A stretch of 64,000 nt of DNA from a virus. The stretch covers positions 96,001 to 160,000 of IMG/VR virus record IMGVR_UViG_3300020056_002227; one strand, 5' to 3'. Shown in pieces: positions 28,201 through 39,000 of this stretch. The translations under genes and the position numbers were made by a program. The stretch's first letter is position 1, and each line of letters opens with the position of its first letter. The notes below the pieces were generated by a model. The model saw only the letters and a list, made by a program, of their open reading frames with translations. It was not told the DNA's origin and ran no database searches.

Positions 28201-29853
28201 GTAGATAGACTAGAATTCTTCACTCAGGGTGTTCGAAGATTCTTCATTGAAAATGATGGAAAGATTACCACCGATAGTGGTGTCGACCTTGTCTTTGATG
28301 TATCTGGTAATATCAATGTTGGTAATAGTATTATAACAGGTTTAGCCAAACCTGTCAACCCCACAGACGCAGTTAGTAAAGAATATTTGGAAGATGATTT
28401 TACGTCGACAATGACGTTCAATCAGGAGAACGGCCCTCTCACCGGAATTACTAGAACGGTAGATGCAGTTGCTGATCCCACAATTAATCTTGTAAATGGA
28501 TTAGAAATTAAGGCATTCGATACTGCCAATAACTCAATCGATCTTGGTCTTACGTCTCCAATGGCTGGTAGTACGGGGATATACGGTAATGATGGCTTTA
28601 CACCAAGAATCAGAATTACCGAAGATGGTCGAATTGATTTTGCTACCGAGATTCCAGTAGAACTCCAAGCCAACGCAATTCCAGACTTTACAGAAACTGC
28701 CCGTGACATTATTGCTCTGATGCTTGAAGAAGGTATTCAGAGAGGTATTGCTGTTACCAACGATGATGCCAATGATACAATGGATTTTATCGTCGATGAT
28801 TTTGATATCATATTGACAGGTGATGTTACAGGTACAGGTCGGGTTACAGCAGCGTCGAATACTACAATCAGTACGAGCTTTGATACAGTAGTTCTTGATC
28901 AACGATATCTCAACACGACTGGAGATACTGCAACAGGAAACCTTGCTGCTCCTAGATTTGTAGATTCTGGTAATACAGTATTTTATGTTGAACCGGCAGA
29001 TGTTTCAAGGATTAAAGATTTACACGTTGGATATCTAAACCAGTCTGCTAGAATTGATCTTTCAGATGGTATTGGTACTGTATCCACGATCTTTGCTCTT
29101 GGTGGAAAAATAGGTTTCTTAAATAGTGCTGCAAATTGGTCTTTAAATGTCGATAAGACTACGGGGCAATTATCGGCATTTGGGGATACTCATTCATATA
29201 AATTTGTAGATTTAGATGCCCCCACATATTTCTTGCATCCAGGTGATACCGATTCTGTATTCAAGCAATTGGCACTGGATAATCAACTTGATGTTGGTTC
29301 TAATTTAACGGTTGATTCATTAGGGCTTTCTACTGTAGCAGGTGATTTGATTCTTCGGCCTCAAAGTGGCACGATAGATGCAAACACATCAATTATTTCA
29401 AATCTGTCAGACCCGATTGCAAACCTTGATGCTGTCAATAAACAATATCTTGACGGGCAATTATCAACAAGTATTAATAATCTGGTCGGCGGTGCTGGTC
29501 TTACATATAATGCCAACACCACGACATTTGATGCAAACGTCGATAATATCACATTAGAAATTGTCGGCGATATTATAAGAGTAAAAGATAGCGGTATTGC
29601 AAATGCTAAGATCGCTAATCCCTTTATATCTTTTGCAGCCGAAACAGGGAATACAGATATTGTTTCTCTGGGTGAGGTAATTACCTTTGCAGCTGGAGAG
29701 GGTATTGATACACAGGTAAGTAATAACCAGATATTGATTGCTGGAGAATTGGCAACCACCACAAATGTAGGTGTTGCTTCTTTTGCCGCAGCCAATTTTA
29801 ACGTAAATTCAGGAGAGGTTACCGTCGCCGAAATAGACGGTGGTACTTTTTAA
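25252..29853 (+). CDS. long tail fibre protein with YadA-stalk-like motifs and four GMIR(Y/F)N repeats
   Basis: DAVTVDYL, DAANKRYVD and DAVNKQYLD motifs; four copies of P.G....P....GM(I/L)R(Y/F)N....FE(A/G)Y.G..W.GL.G..D.D.DT; the protein ends in EIDGGTF. Confidence 0.8.
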   Translation: MSIKIKVGGSKSIRSVPKQDSTRTVVAAGEKKPVITPDSIALGVDTVGAYVRSIQEGIGLDVTLNNREDAEVTISHEITTAEVSSNNSILGFTRNVDIDQFGHVTAFYNSSLNPDNFTSDGTIITAKDIVFGNTAITIGESTDTIEGLSSFNVGNLTLTGSTISSPATINFNSNTSLINVGGATITGLGTPTGPSDAVTVDYLSNSLTTVPDPVDPTDAANKRYVDLQRDNILSRMTALAATTADLGSNYTFSGNTITRIPGPSFQIDAVTVWEVGDGLLVKDQNDPTQNGHYQLTQKGDATTPWILERSTLTNESGEIAGNAVFVTDGFANKHTGWVATVEDDERFILGTDDITYVQFQGEGLYTAGRGLTLLNNTEFEVDHTQTFSTINGLGDNLIISSTLVDVNSNGGLILPVGTTLQRPTPQQGMIRYNTTDSRFEAYNGVTWSGLGGVVDADQDTYIRAETSAGADGDDLEFFTANVRRLTIDDQGDLKYGVASNRFTVDFNTGDAIFKGAVDFQARSAITIPRGFTIERPSTPVAGMIRFNDTTDSFEGYNGNNWGTLGGLVDSDQDTYIRVEASPGTDNDDIEFYTRGTRRLTIDQDGNINIGAASNKITIDYLTGDTVFAGSVDFNSVGAITVPNGATVQRPLTPDEGMLRFNSTDGRFEGYDGTNWAGLGGVSDLDNDTYIKAETNPGDDNDRLDFYTAGVERIRLNSLGNFRFGQNFDKFTVDYATGHGSFAGTLDVGNQLTAASAAVQDLTIARVVHVGNNGELIDDDGFTFFNDELTVPDLHATGDLTVDGDTSFGQLSVGDLTPNRVIFAGPDGRLTTDTTLRFSTTGPRMVVKGFLDVEKDLTIGGNLIIGDAATDTVTVVSDFDSNLVPDEFGNYTLGTIGKNWHRVFTPTILSDTEIVTIDGAGALKLPVGTRAEGPDASTRQAGMIRFNSQDNRFEGYDGTRWSGLAGSVVDIDQDTKILAESTSDVDRLEFFTQGVRRFFIENDGKITTDSGVDLVFDVSGNINVGNSIITGLAKPVNPTDAVSKEYLEDDFTSTMTFNQENGPLTGITRTVDAVADPTINLVNGLEIKAFDTANNSIDLGLTSPMAGSTGIYGNDGFTPRIRITEDGRIDFATEIPVELQANAIPDFTETARDIIALMLEEGIQRGIAVTNDDANDTMDFIVDDFDIILTGDVTGTGRVTAASNTTISTSFDTVVLDQRYLNTTGDTATGNLAAPRFVDSGNTVFYVEPADVSRIKDLHVGYLNQSARIDLSDGIGTVSTIFALGGKIGFLNSAANWSLNVDKTTGQLSAFGDTHSYKFVDLDAPTYFLHPGDTDSVFKQLALDNQLDVGSNLTVDSLGLSTVAGDLILRPQSGTIDANTSIISNLSDPIANLDAVNKQYLDGQLSTSINNLVGGAGLTYNANTTTFDANVDNITLEIVGDIIRVKDSGIANAKIANPFISFAAETGNTDIVSLGEVITFAAGEGIDTQVSNNQILIAGELATTTNVGVASFAAANFNVNSGEVTVAEIDGGTF

Positions 29854-29859
29854 AAACTA

Positions 29860-29873
29860 GATCTATATAGATC
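29860..29873. repeat. perfect 14-bp palindrome GATCTATATAGATC
   Basis: Self-complementary and intergenic, 22 nt upstream of ATG 29896. Confidence 0.8.
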
Positions 29874-29895
29874 GTGAAATGGAAAGGGCATTTAT

Positions 29896-32800
29896 ATGTC
29901 GACATTAATTAGGCTTCGCAGAAGTGCTGTCCCCGGCCGTGCACCGACTACTGCACAACTTGAATTGGGTGAGATCGCACTTAATACTGCTGACGGCAAA
30001 ATTTATATTAAGAAATACGATGCTGTTGCAAATACAGAAAGCATCGTAGAGTTCAGCGCTGATCCTAATGATATCTTGGCGCTGATCAAAACTGTCGATG
30101 GTGCCAACTCTGGACTAGATGCAGATTTACTTGATGGTTTAGATTCTACTCAATTCCTCCGTTCAGACCAAGACGATACCTTACAGGGTAGTCTAGTTAT
30201 TACTGGTGATCTTACTGTATCAGGAAATACGACATATGTCAATACAGAAACTATTAATCTTTCTGATAACATTATCACTCTTAATGCTAATCACACAGGC
30301 AGTCCGACTCAAAATGCTGGTCTCGAAGTTGAAAGAGGAACATCAAATACAGTAACACTTCAATGGAATGAAACTGGTGATTACTGGGAAATTGCTTCTG
30401 GTGGTATCACTGGCAGAATTCTTACTACTGGAGATGAGGGTGCTGGAAACGGTTTAGATTCCGACACACTCGATGGCCAAGAAGGCACATACTACCTAGA
30501 CTATAATAACTTCTTTAATGTACCCCCTGCAACACTTGACTTGACCTTAAACGGTAAAGTTACGGGTACTGCATTCTCTAATACCGGGGTGATGACCCTT
30601 ACCACAGAATTAGCAAATACTGGTGTGGTACCCGGTACTTATGGAACACCTTCACAGATCCCTGTCATTACAATAGATGAAGATGGTCGTATCACCTCCG
30701 CGGGTAATACCGCTGTAGCGGGGGTTGACAATTTTACATGGGATTCTTCGAATAACCAGTTAGTGTTGACTACGGGTGATGGTTCGATCTACAACATCTA
30801 CCTGAATCAATTCAAAGATATTACGGTAGAAGATCTTACAGCCAATTCGGTCAATATCACCAATCTAGGCTTCGATACACTCGATGTTGAAGGTGATATC
30901 AGCGCAAACAATATTCACGTTACTGGAACAATTGACGGTAGAGACATTGCAGCAGATGGTATTGTATTAGATGGTCTGGCTGCCGCAACCACTACACTCA
31001 ATATCTCTGGTAAAGTCACAGGATCTGCGGTATCAAATAATAATGTCATTGATATCGTTACCGAACTTGCAAATACTGGTGTTGTATCAGGAACCTATGG
31101 TACATCTTCACAAATACCTATCGTCACAGTTGATGAAGACGGCCGAATTACAGCAATGTCGAATACAGCCGTTGCTGGGGTTGATGCAGTTGAGTGGTAT
31201 AGTGCAAACAGTACCCTATCGATTCAGACCGGTGACGGTTCGGTTTTCAAGAATGCGATTGATCAATTCGACGAAATTACCGTTACTGGTGATATCATCG
31301 TCAATGGTACGGTTGATGGCAGAGACGTTGCATTAGATGGTGCAAAGCTTGATCGATTAGAAGAAGATTTAACTGTCACGTTAACCGGAAAGGTGACAGG
31401 AAGCGTGACATCAAACACAGGTATTGTGGCAATTCCCACCGAATTAGCAAATACTGGTGTTACTGCTGGAACATACGGTTCGGCAATAAGGGTACCAATT
31501 TTCACGGTTGATGAAGACGGTCGAATTACCAGTGCGACTGATGTTTCTTCCCCTTCTGGAACCACAGTACAGAATGTCGATTGGTTGGTTGCGAATAATA
31601 CCCTTCAAGTTTATTTGACAAACGGCACGCTGTTCAATACTCTGATAGATCAATTTACAGGTCTTGATGCAGATACTCTTGATGGTCTTCATGCAGCAGA
31701 TATCACAGCAATTGCGGCAAACAATGTTGGAAATGGTACAATTTCCATTGAGGCAAATACTGGTCTTACTGGTAGTGGCGTATTCACACTTAACCAATAC
31801 ACTGATCTTTCGATTGATATTGCTCATGCTGATACATCCTCAGTCACAGATACGAACAATGCTGATGGAAATGTTTTAAGAAACATCACCTTTGATACAT
31901 TCGGTCACGTTCAGACGATCAGTTCATTCGACCTCGATACCAGATATTATACCATCAATCAGTTAGATGGTGGTCAATTAGATAATCGTTATTATACTGA
32001 AACTGAATTAAATTCTGGTACATTGGATTTCAGATATTACACCGAAGTAGAATTAAATGCTGGTGCTCTTGATGGTCGATACTATACAGAAGCAGAATTA
32101 AATACCGGACAGCTAGATAGTCGTTATTACACCGAGACGGAATTAAACAACGGCCAATTAGATACCCGATACTATACTGAAACCGAATCTGATCAACGGT
32201 TTGTATTCAAGGCCGGCGATACAATGACGGGCGATTTGACTGTCACCGCAAACGTCGACATTACTGGAACACTCACGGCAGGAATCATTGATAGAGATCC
32301 CAATATCACCGTCGCTTTGTCTGGTGATATCGCTGGTTCTGGCAACACGACACTTACAAATTTACAGAATGGTACAATTAATATTGTCACTACTGTACAG
32401 CCTGATTCAGTAGCACTCGGTACAGACACTACCGGTGATTATGTCGAATCTGTTTCGAATACGGTAGGTATCATTATTACTGGAACGACTGGAGAGGGTG
32501 GTATACCGATTATTGGTCACGCTGATACCTCCAGTGTTATTAATGTATCAACCTCTGGTAAAGATATTATTTCTAGTGTTGATTTTGATCAGTTTGGTCA
32601 TGTCACTGCACACACCACAAGAACTCTTGATTTCTTAACTGAGGCTGAACTAGACGCACGATATGTAAATGTCACCGGCGACACGATGACTGGTGATTTG
32701 ATTGTAAATGCAAGTATAGAGCAAGATCATGCTCGATTTACAACGGAATCACTAACGACAACAAGTACCAGTCAAGTGGTTCTTTCTTCATTCAACGCCA

Positions 32801-33045
32801 CGACTTATAATAGTGCTGAGGTTGTAATCACAGCAACACAAGGAATAAATAGACATATAACTAAATTGCTTATTGTTCACGATGGAAGTACTGCATCTGC
32901 CACGGAATTTGGTTCAATAGCTACTGGCTTCGATCTTGCATTATATGATGTATCGATCGGTAGTGGCAATGTAAGAATCAATGTTACTCCTGCTAGTACA
33001 TCTTCAACAACATTCAAGGTAGTGACCACGCTGATTAAAGATTAA
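29896..33045 (+). CDS. tail fibre protein with Mtd_N-like N-terminus, three LANTGV..GTYG repeats and six RYYTETEL repeats
   Basis: N-terminal IRLRRSAVPGRAPTTAQLELGEIALNTADGKIYIKK, LDADLLDG motifs, and a C-terminal beta domain ending FKVVTTLIKD. Confidence 0.8.
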   Translation: MSTLIRLRRSAVPGRAPTTAQLELGEIALNTADGKIYIKKYDAVANTESIVEFSADPNDILALIKTVDGANSGLDADLLDGLDSTQFLRSDQDDTLQGSLVITGDLTVSGNTTYVNTETINLSDNIITLNANHTGSPTQNAGLEVERGTSNTVTLQWNETGDYWEIASGGITGRILTTGDEGAGNGLDSDTLDGQEGTYYLDYNNFFNVPPATLDLTLNGKVTGTAFSNTGVMTLTTELANTGVVPGTYGTPSQIPVITIDEDGRITSAGNTAVAGVDNFTWDSSNNQLVLTTGDGSIYNIYLNQFKDITVEDLTANSVNITNLGFDTLDVEGDISANNIHVTGTIDGRDIAADGIVLDGLAAATTTLNISGKVTGSAVSNNNVIDIVTELANTGVVSGTYGTSSQIPIVTVDEDGRITAMSNTAVAGVDAVEWYSANSTLSIQTGDGSVFKNAIDQFDEITVTGDIIVNGTVDGRDVALDGAKLDRLEEDLTVTLTGKVTGSVTSNTGIVAIPTELANTGVTAGTYGSAIRVPIFTVDEDGRITSATDVSSPSGTTVQNVDWLVANNTLQVYLTNGTLFNTLIDQFTGLDADTLDGLHAADITAIAANNVGNGTISIEANTGLTGSGVFTLNQYTDLSIDIAHADTSSVTDTNNADGNVLRNITFDTFGHVQTISSFDLDTRYYTINQLDGGQLDNRYYTETELNSGTLDFRYYTEVELNAGALDGRYYTEAELNTGQLDSRYYTETELNNGQLDTRYYTETESDQRFVFKAGDTMTGDLTVTANVDITGTLTAGIIDRDPNITVALSGDIAGSGNTTLTNLQNGTINIVTTVQPDSVALGTDTTGDYVESVSNTVGIIITGTTGEGGIPIIGHADTSSVINVSTSGKDIISSVDFDQFGHVTAHTTRTLDFLTEAELDARYVNVTGDTMTGDLIVNASIEQDHARFTTESLTTTSTSQVVLSSFNATTYNSAEVVITATQGINRHITKLLIVHDGSTASATEFGSIATGFDLALYDVSIGSGNVRINVTPASTSSTTFKVVTTLIKD
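31933..32200 (+). repeat. six tandem 15-aa (45-nt) coding repeats, LDxRYYTExELNxGx
   Basis: Read directly from the translation of 29896-33045. Confidence 0.85.
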
Positions 33046-33053
33046 AATAAATA
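33046..33053 (+). promoter_or_regulatory. candidate late promoter AATAAATA
   Basis: Immediately after the stop of 29896-33045 and upstream of the giant fibre gene. Confidence 0.5.
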
Positions 33054-33096
33054 GATTAGTAAAAAATTAAACGCCTATCTGGGGAGAGTGAACCGA

Positions 33097-36000
33097 ATGG
33101 CAAATGATAAAAAGTTTATAGCCAAAAATGGCCTATTGACTCCACAAAAAGCGATCATTGGATCGACTACCGATAACGGTGTAGATGAATTACAGGTTAC
33201 CGGAACAAGTAATCTTGCCGGTGCTGTAACAATTGAAAACGCCACTGCATCTACGATATCACTTGAGGTCGAAAACACTGGTGCCGGTGGCTTTACCCCA
33301 ACAGCAAATATTGCTAAATTTACTGGTGATATAGATTCACTCTCTATTCAAAATGTGATAGGTGGTTCTTATCGCATTACCAATCCGGGCAATAACAATA
33401 GAATAATTTTTTATAATAACACATCTGGCATTGATATTCAATATGCTGGATCAAGTCGTCTTGCAATAACTTCCACGGGAAATGATTTCTCTGGGTTGAA
33501 TACCACTACTATCGATGGTAACAGAATTATCACGGTATTAGATCAGGCAAGTCAAGGTGGTTCATTTGACGCTGCTACTCTTGATCAATTAGACTCCACA
33601 CAATTTGTTCGGTCAGATGAATCTGACACAATGAATGGTAGTTACATCATTACAGGCGACCTCACAGTCAGTGGTAATACAACCTTCATTAACACGGAAC
33701 AATTACTTGTTGCAGATAACATCTTCACTCTTAACTCGGACTTCACAACTGGAAACCCGACCGAAGATGCTGGAATGGAAATCCGTAGAGGTGGTCAAGC
33801 AAATTCTTCGTTTGTTTGGGATGAAACGAATGATTATTTCAAACTAATTTCTGCTGGAACAGATCTTGGTCGTATCATCACCACTGCTGATGAGGGCCCG
33901 GGCAATGGATTTGATGCAGACACCGTCGATGGCTTGCATGGATATCAATTCTTAAGATCAGACGTCGACGATACCGCAAATGGCAATATTACAATCCTAG
34001 GTGGATTGACGGTTGGAGATGGTAACGGCCCTGCTCGAATCGATATGAACGGTTCTGGTCAGGCAAGAACAATCTACACAAATAACGGCGAGATTGGTTT
34101 CCTCAATTCTGGCTATAACTGGGCCGTTAAATCAGATGCCAATGGTGATCTTGAAGTAGAACGCGATGTTGAAGCAGGCAGAGATGTACTAGCAGATGGT
34201 GATGTTACTGCTCAAAATAATATTACTGCAACCACTGGAAATATTACTGCTACTGCTGGTTCTATCTCTGCTGCAACCACTGTAACAGCCGGTACAGATG
34301 TTATAGGTCAACGATTTGTAGATGCTGACGATAATGCTTACTATGCTGATCCGGCAAGTAATTCGATTTTTAGTGGCCTAGGGTTAGATGATAATCTTTT
34401 CCATAACGGTGATACAGATACCAGACTACGATTCGAAACCGATCACATCAAATTAGAAACTGGTGGTAACGTTCGATTCGATGTTAATAATTCAAGAGTA
34501 TTGGCTTCACTCGACACATATGTCCCTAATCTTGTAGTCAATGATGCAATCATTCATAATAATGATACAGATACTCGAATTCTTTTTACCACTGACGTTG
34601 TTCAAATTGATACGGGTGGTAGCACAAGATTACAAGTAGATAATGCTGGTGTAGATATATTCGGCAATCTCGACGTTACTAATACAGCAACTGCAAATAC
34701 AGTAATAGGTCTCACCTCGATGAGATCGCCGATTTACTACGATACAGATAATGATTCATATTTCGGTAACTTTGCTGGCACATCGGTGATGAATGATATC
34801 AGCATCGATGATTATATTTCTCATAATGGTGATGCTGATACATATTTCGGTTTTGTTGGCCCAGATCAAATCAGATTTGCTACGGGTAATGCACAAAGAC
34901 TTTATATTAGTAATAGTCAGATTGAATCTTCGGTTTATTTCTATGCTCCAAGATTCGTTGATTTGGATAATAACAGTTATTATGTTGATCCAAACAGCAC
35001 TTCTATTCTATCAACGGTTAATGTTGATGACTGGTTGCAACATATTGGTAACGAAGATACTCGCATAGGCTTCCCTGCAACTGATACGATCAATATACAG
35101 ACTGATGGTTTCACAAGATTTATTGCCAATAATAGTCAGGTAACAGTAACCACCGATCTCAAAGTAGACGGTAACATTATCTCTGGTGGTGACGGCATCT
35201 TTGACGGTGACGTATACGCATCTAAATTCATCGATTCAGACGATAATAATTATTACGCAGACCCAAATGCCACATCCGTGATGAAGACAGTTGGCATCGA
35301 TGACTACATCGTACATAATGGTGATTCTGATACCAAGATTGGATTCTTAATGAATGATACTCTGCAAATGGATGCAGGTGGAACGACAATTTTCATCGCG
35401 CAATCTACTGCAGCAGAATATTACGTCGACCTTTATGGTGAAGATGCCTATTTCAGAACATTCTACGATAATGACAATTCTGCTTACTTCTTGAATCCAG
35501 CCGAAACGGGCGTTTCTTTGAATGTTGCTGGTCTTGTAAGAACAGGAAACGGATCCGCAGCAGGCCCGGCCTATTCATTCGGCAGTGATACCAATACCGG
35601 CATGTATCGAAAGGGAGCCGATCAGATTGGATTCTCGGCTGGAGGTAACGAAGAGTTAGTTGTTTACAATAACAGAGTAGAGGCACCGGGTGAAGTTAGA
35701 TCCCCTATCTTTTACGATTTAGCCACTCCAGCATATTATGGTGACTTTGCCTCAACATCTCAAATGAATCGTATCGATATCGATGATTATATTCGCCATC
35801 GAGGTGATACCAATACCTACATGGGATTCGATGCAGCAGATAGTTGGGGTGTTTGGGCCGGTGGCACGAAGAGATTAGGTATTGATACTGACTCAGCAGA
35901 CTTTACTGTTGATGTATACGCACCTAAATTTATTGATAGCGATAATAACAGTTACTACCTCGATCCTGCTGATACAAGCACATCTGCCACATTGAATGGT

Positions 36001-39000
36001 AAGGTGTTAATCGGTAATGTCTCCGATGCTGCAAGATGGGATGACAACACGGGTAACGGTGGCATCTCGTTAATGAATCATGGTTCATATGCTTCGGGAC
36101 AAAATACAACTGTAGGAATCAGTGGTAATTACGCTGGTGGTTATTCATTGATGTATCTCAATAGAATTGATCCTAACACAAATCCTTTCAATGCCGGCAA
36201 TAGATACATTCATTTTTACCATGATGGAAATCAAGGTACAAATTTAAGTGGTGACAGTAGTGGTAATCTCTATTGGTTGATGCTAGCCGGTACATCGCAA
36301 TCATACTGGACACAAGCAGGATCTACTATATTTACTATCAATGATAATGGTAATCTTGTTGTCGGGGGTAGTAGCCCAACGTATACAGACGGAGGTGACA
36401 ATACACCTCTTACTGCAGCAATCAATCCTGCTAAACTGCACGTCAATGGATCTATCTACCTCAATGGTGCTAATGACGGTATTATCTTCGGTAGAGGAAC
36501 TGCGTCATTCTTAAGAGATGAAGAACTAGGATTTGGGTGGGGCGGTGGTTGGTATATGACCGATGCTACCTACTTGCGTGTTCGAAATAATAAGGCTGTT
36601 TATTCTGGTGGAGATGCGTATTTCAATCGTTATTATGATACAAACGCAACAAGCCGCTGGATAGAGCCAGGTGGTGGTGGTATCCTCGCTGGTAATTTTG
36701 AGTTTGCAGCTACAGATACTGGTACATCTTATTCGACTGCTGCTATTGAACTTCGTGAATCTAACTATACTGGTAACGGTACTGCTACTCCACCTCGCAT
36801 TTCTTGGCACTGGGGCGGTGTTGTTGCTTCACAAATGGCTATCGAATCGTCTGGCCGCATTGTTGTCAGAAACAATCCCGGTAATGGTTATGAGGCGTTT
36901 GGTGCTGGAAATATCTATGGTACAAAATTCTGGGATATAGACAACAATAACTTTTCATTTGAACCCAATGTATCTAATGCTTGGAGATTACAGACTCCAA
37001 CCGGCTACCTCGATTTTGGTTCAATGAACGCTAGTTATCTTCACTTCCAAACAGATAGGCCAGCATTCTACTTTAACCAACCAGTAAGTTTCGATGGTAA
37101 TATTGCTGGTTATGGTGGTAATGAGACTGCATCGTTTGCTCGATACTACGATAGTAATGATACCGATTATTGGGTAGACCCTCATACATTCTCGCGGATG
37201 AACGGTATCAATTTCGGTATACCAGGAAATGGAACAAATACCAAAGGCCGTTACCTTTCAATTGAAGGTAATACTGACGGAAGTGGGGAAGGTTCTTCAA
37301 GGATCTTCTTTGCAGAGCATAACAGCACGACAGGTTCAATGTCTGCTTACGGCATGTCTCTTGGTTATAGAGGTGGAGCTACAAGTATTGTTGGTGGTGA
37401 TGGAAATACATGGACGGGCTTAAGTCAGATCAATAACGGTGAATGGGGTCTATGGGGCCACAATGGTTCTGCCATTGGTTCATGGGCAATGAAAGGACCA
37501 AGAGACGGCACCTATGTTGTTGCCTCGGGTTCATTCCGTGCTCCTATTTTCTATGACTGGACAAGCTCTTCTTGGTACGTCAATCCAGACGGTGATTCAA
37601 GACTCAATACAATTACTCTTGATGGTAATGCTGTACAGCTTAGAGAACCCACTGGAAACTATGGTTCATTCATGGTTGATGGTGGTGCTAGAGGTGGTTA
37701 CGAAGGATTCTCAATCGGTGGCCGTGTTGTCTTTATGCACAACAATGCATCGGCTTCTGGTATTTACGACGATGTTAATAACCAATGGATGGCAAGATTT
37801 AATCTTGGTTCTAATGTCGATCTCCGCTATGCTGGTGTTGTACAAGCAGAAACTGCAAACGGTTATTTCCTTGCTAATAATGAGATTCGATCACCAATCT
37901 TTAGAGACACGACATCGCCTACTACATGGTTCGTAGATCCTTCGGGTACTTCTCGAGTCAACACACTGAGAACAAATCGAATTTATCCCGCGTACGATAA
38001 TGACACAAGCATTTATATCGACTATGTTGGTGGTGATTATGGATCACTTCAGATTAATGGTGGTGGTAAAAACGGTTGGAGAGGTCTATCTCTTCTAGGT
38101 CAATTCGTATGGATGACACCTGGTGATGGCGCTCGAAACGGCATCTATAACGACATTGATAATCAATGGCAACAGCAATGGTATCGTGGTGCCGGTTCAA
38201 TATTATATTATGCAGGCGGTTCACAATTCTCAATTGAAAACGGTTATGCTCTCGCAACAAATCAAATGCGAGCTCCAATTTACTATCCACCATCTACTAC
38301 CTCCTATTATCTGGATCTTGATAGAGGAAATACAAATCAGGCATTGAGAGTCGGTGGTATCATAGAAAGAGTTGGATTCCAAACCTCTGGTGATGGTAAC
38401 AATAACATTTTCAATCGTGCTCAAGATTATTCTCATTGGATTTGGCAGACAGCAACTGATTGGGGTATTTTCTGGGCTGGAAACAACAACCCATATCGTT
38501 CATATTTCAGTACCTCAAACCCGAATGAAATCGTCTTTATTGGTAATGGTAATCTCAGAGCTTCTATTGATCTGGATGATGGACGTGCTCACTTTACAGG
38601 TAATGTTAGTGCTCCAGACTTTTTACTAAATGGTGGCAATGAAGATATATCGTTGAACCCAGCATATGGTTCTGGTGGTGCGGATCTTGTACTCTTTGAT
38701 ATGACACCATATTTTGAGGCTCGTGTTACTCGAGTTTTGAGGGGAGCTGAAAACAATTTAACTGGTACGACATCTGAATATGTTAAAGGTGACGGACCAT
38801 TTGCCGGTTCTTATGTTCTCCAAACATCTAATTACCGTACATTCTATTCTGATTATATTCCAGTTGTGCCAGGTGAAGATCTGTACGGTGAAATTTCTCA
38901 TAGAGTCGTTTCTGGATCTGGTGGTAGACTATACTACGGTATCGAAAGATTCGATAAAGATAAGAGACCGATCGCAGGCAATACAGGTACTACATACTTC

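Noticed and set aside
29851-29898. Stop-codon readthrough fusing 25252 and 29896 (same frame)
   Set aside because: A second in-frame stop (TGA) lies in the 42-nt gap, and the analogous 22776/22794 junction is out of frame.
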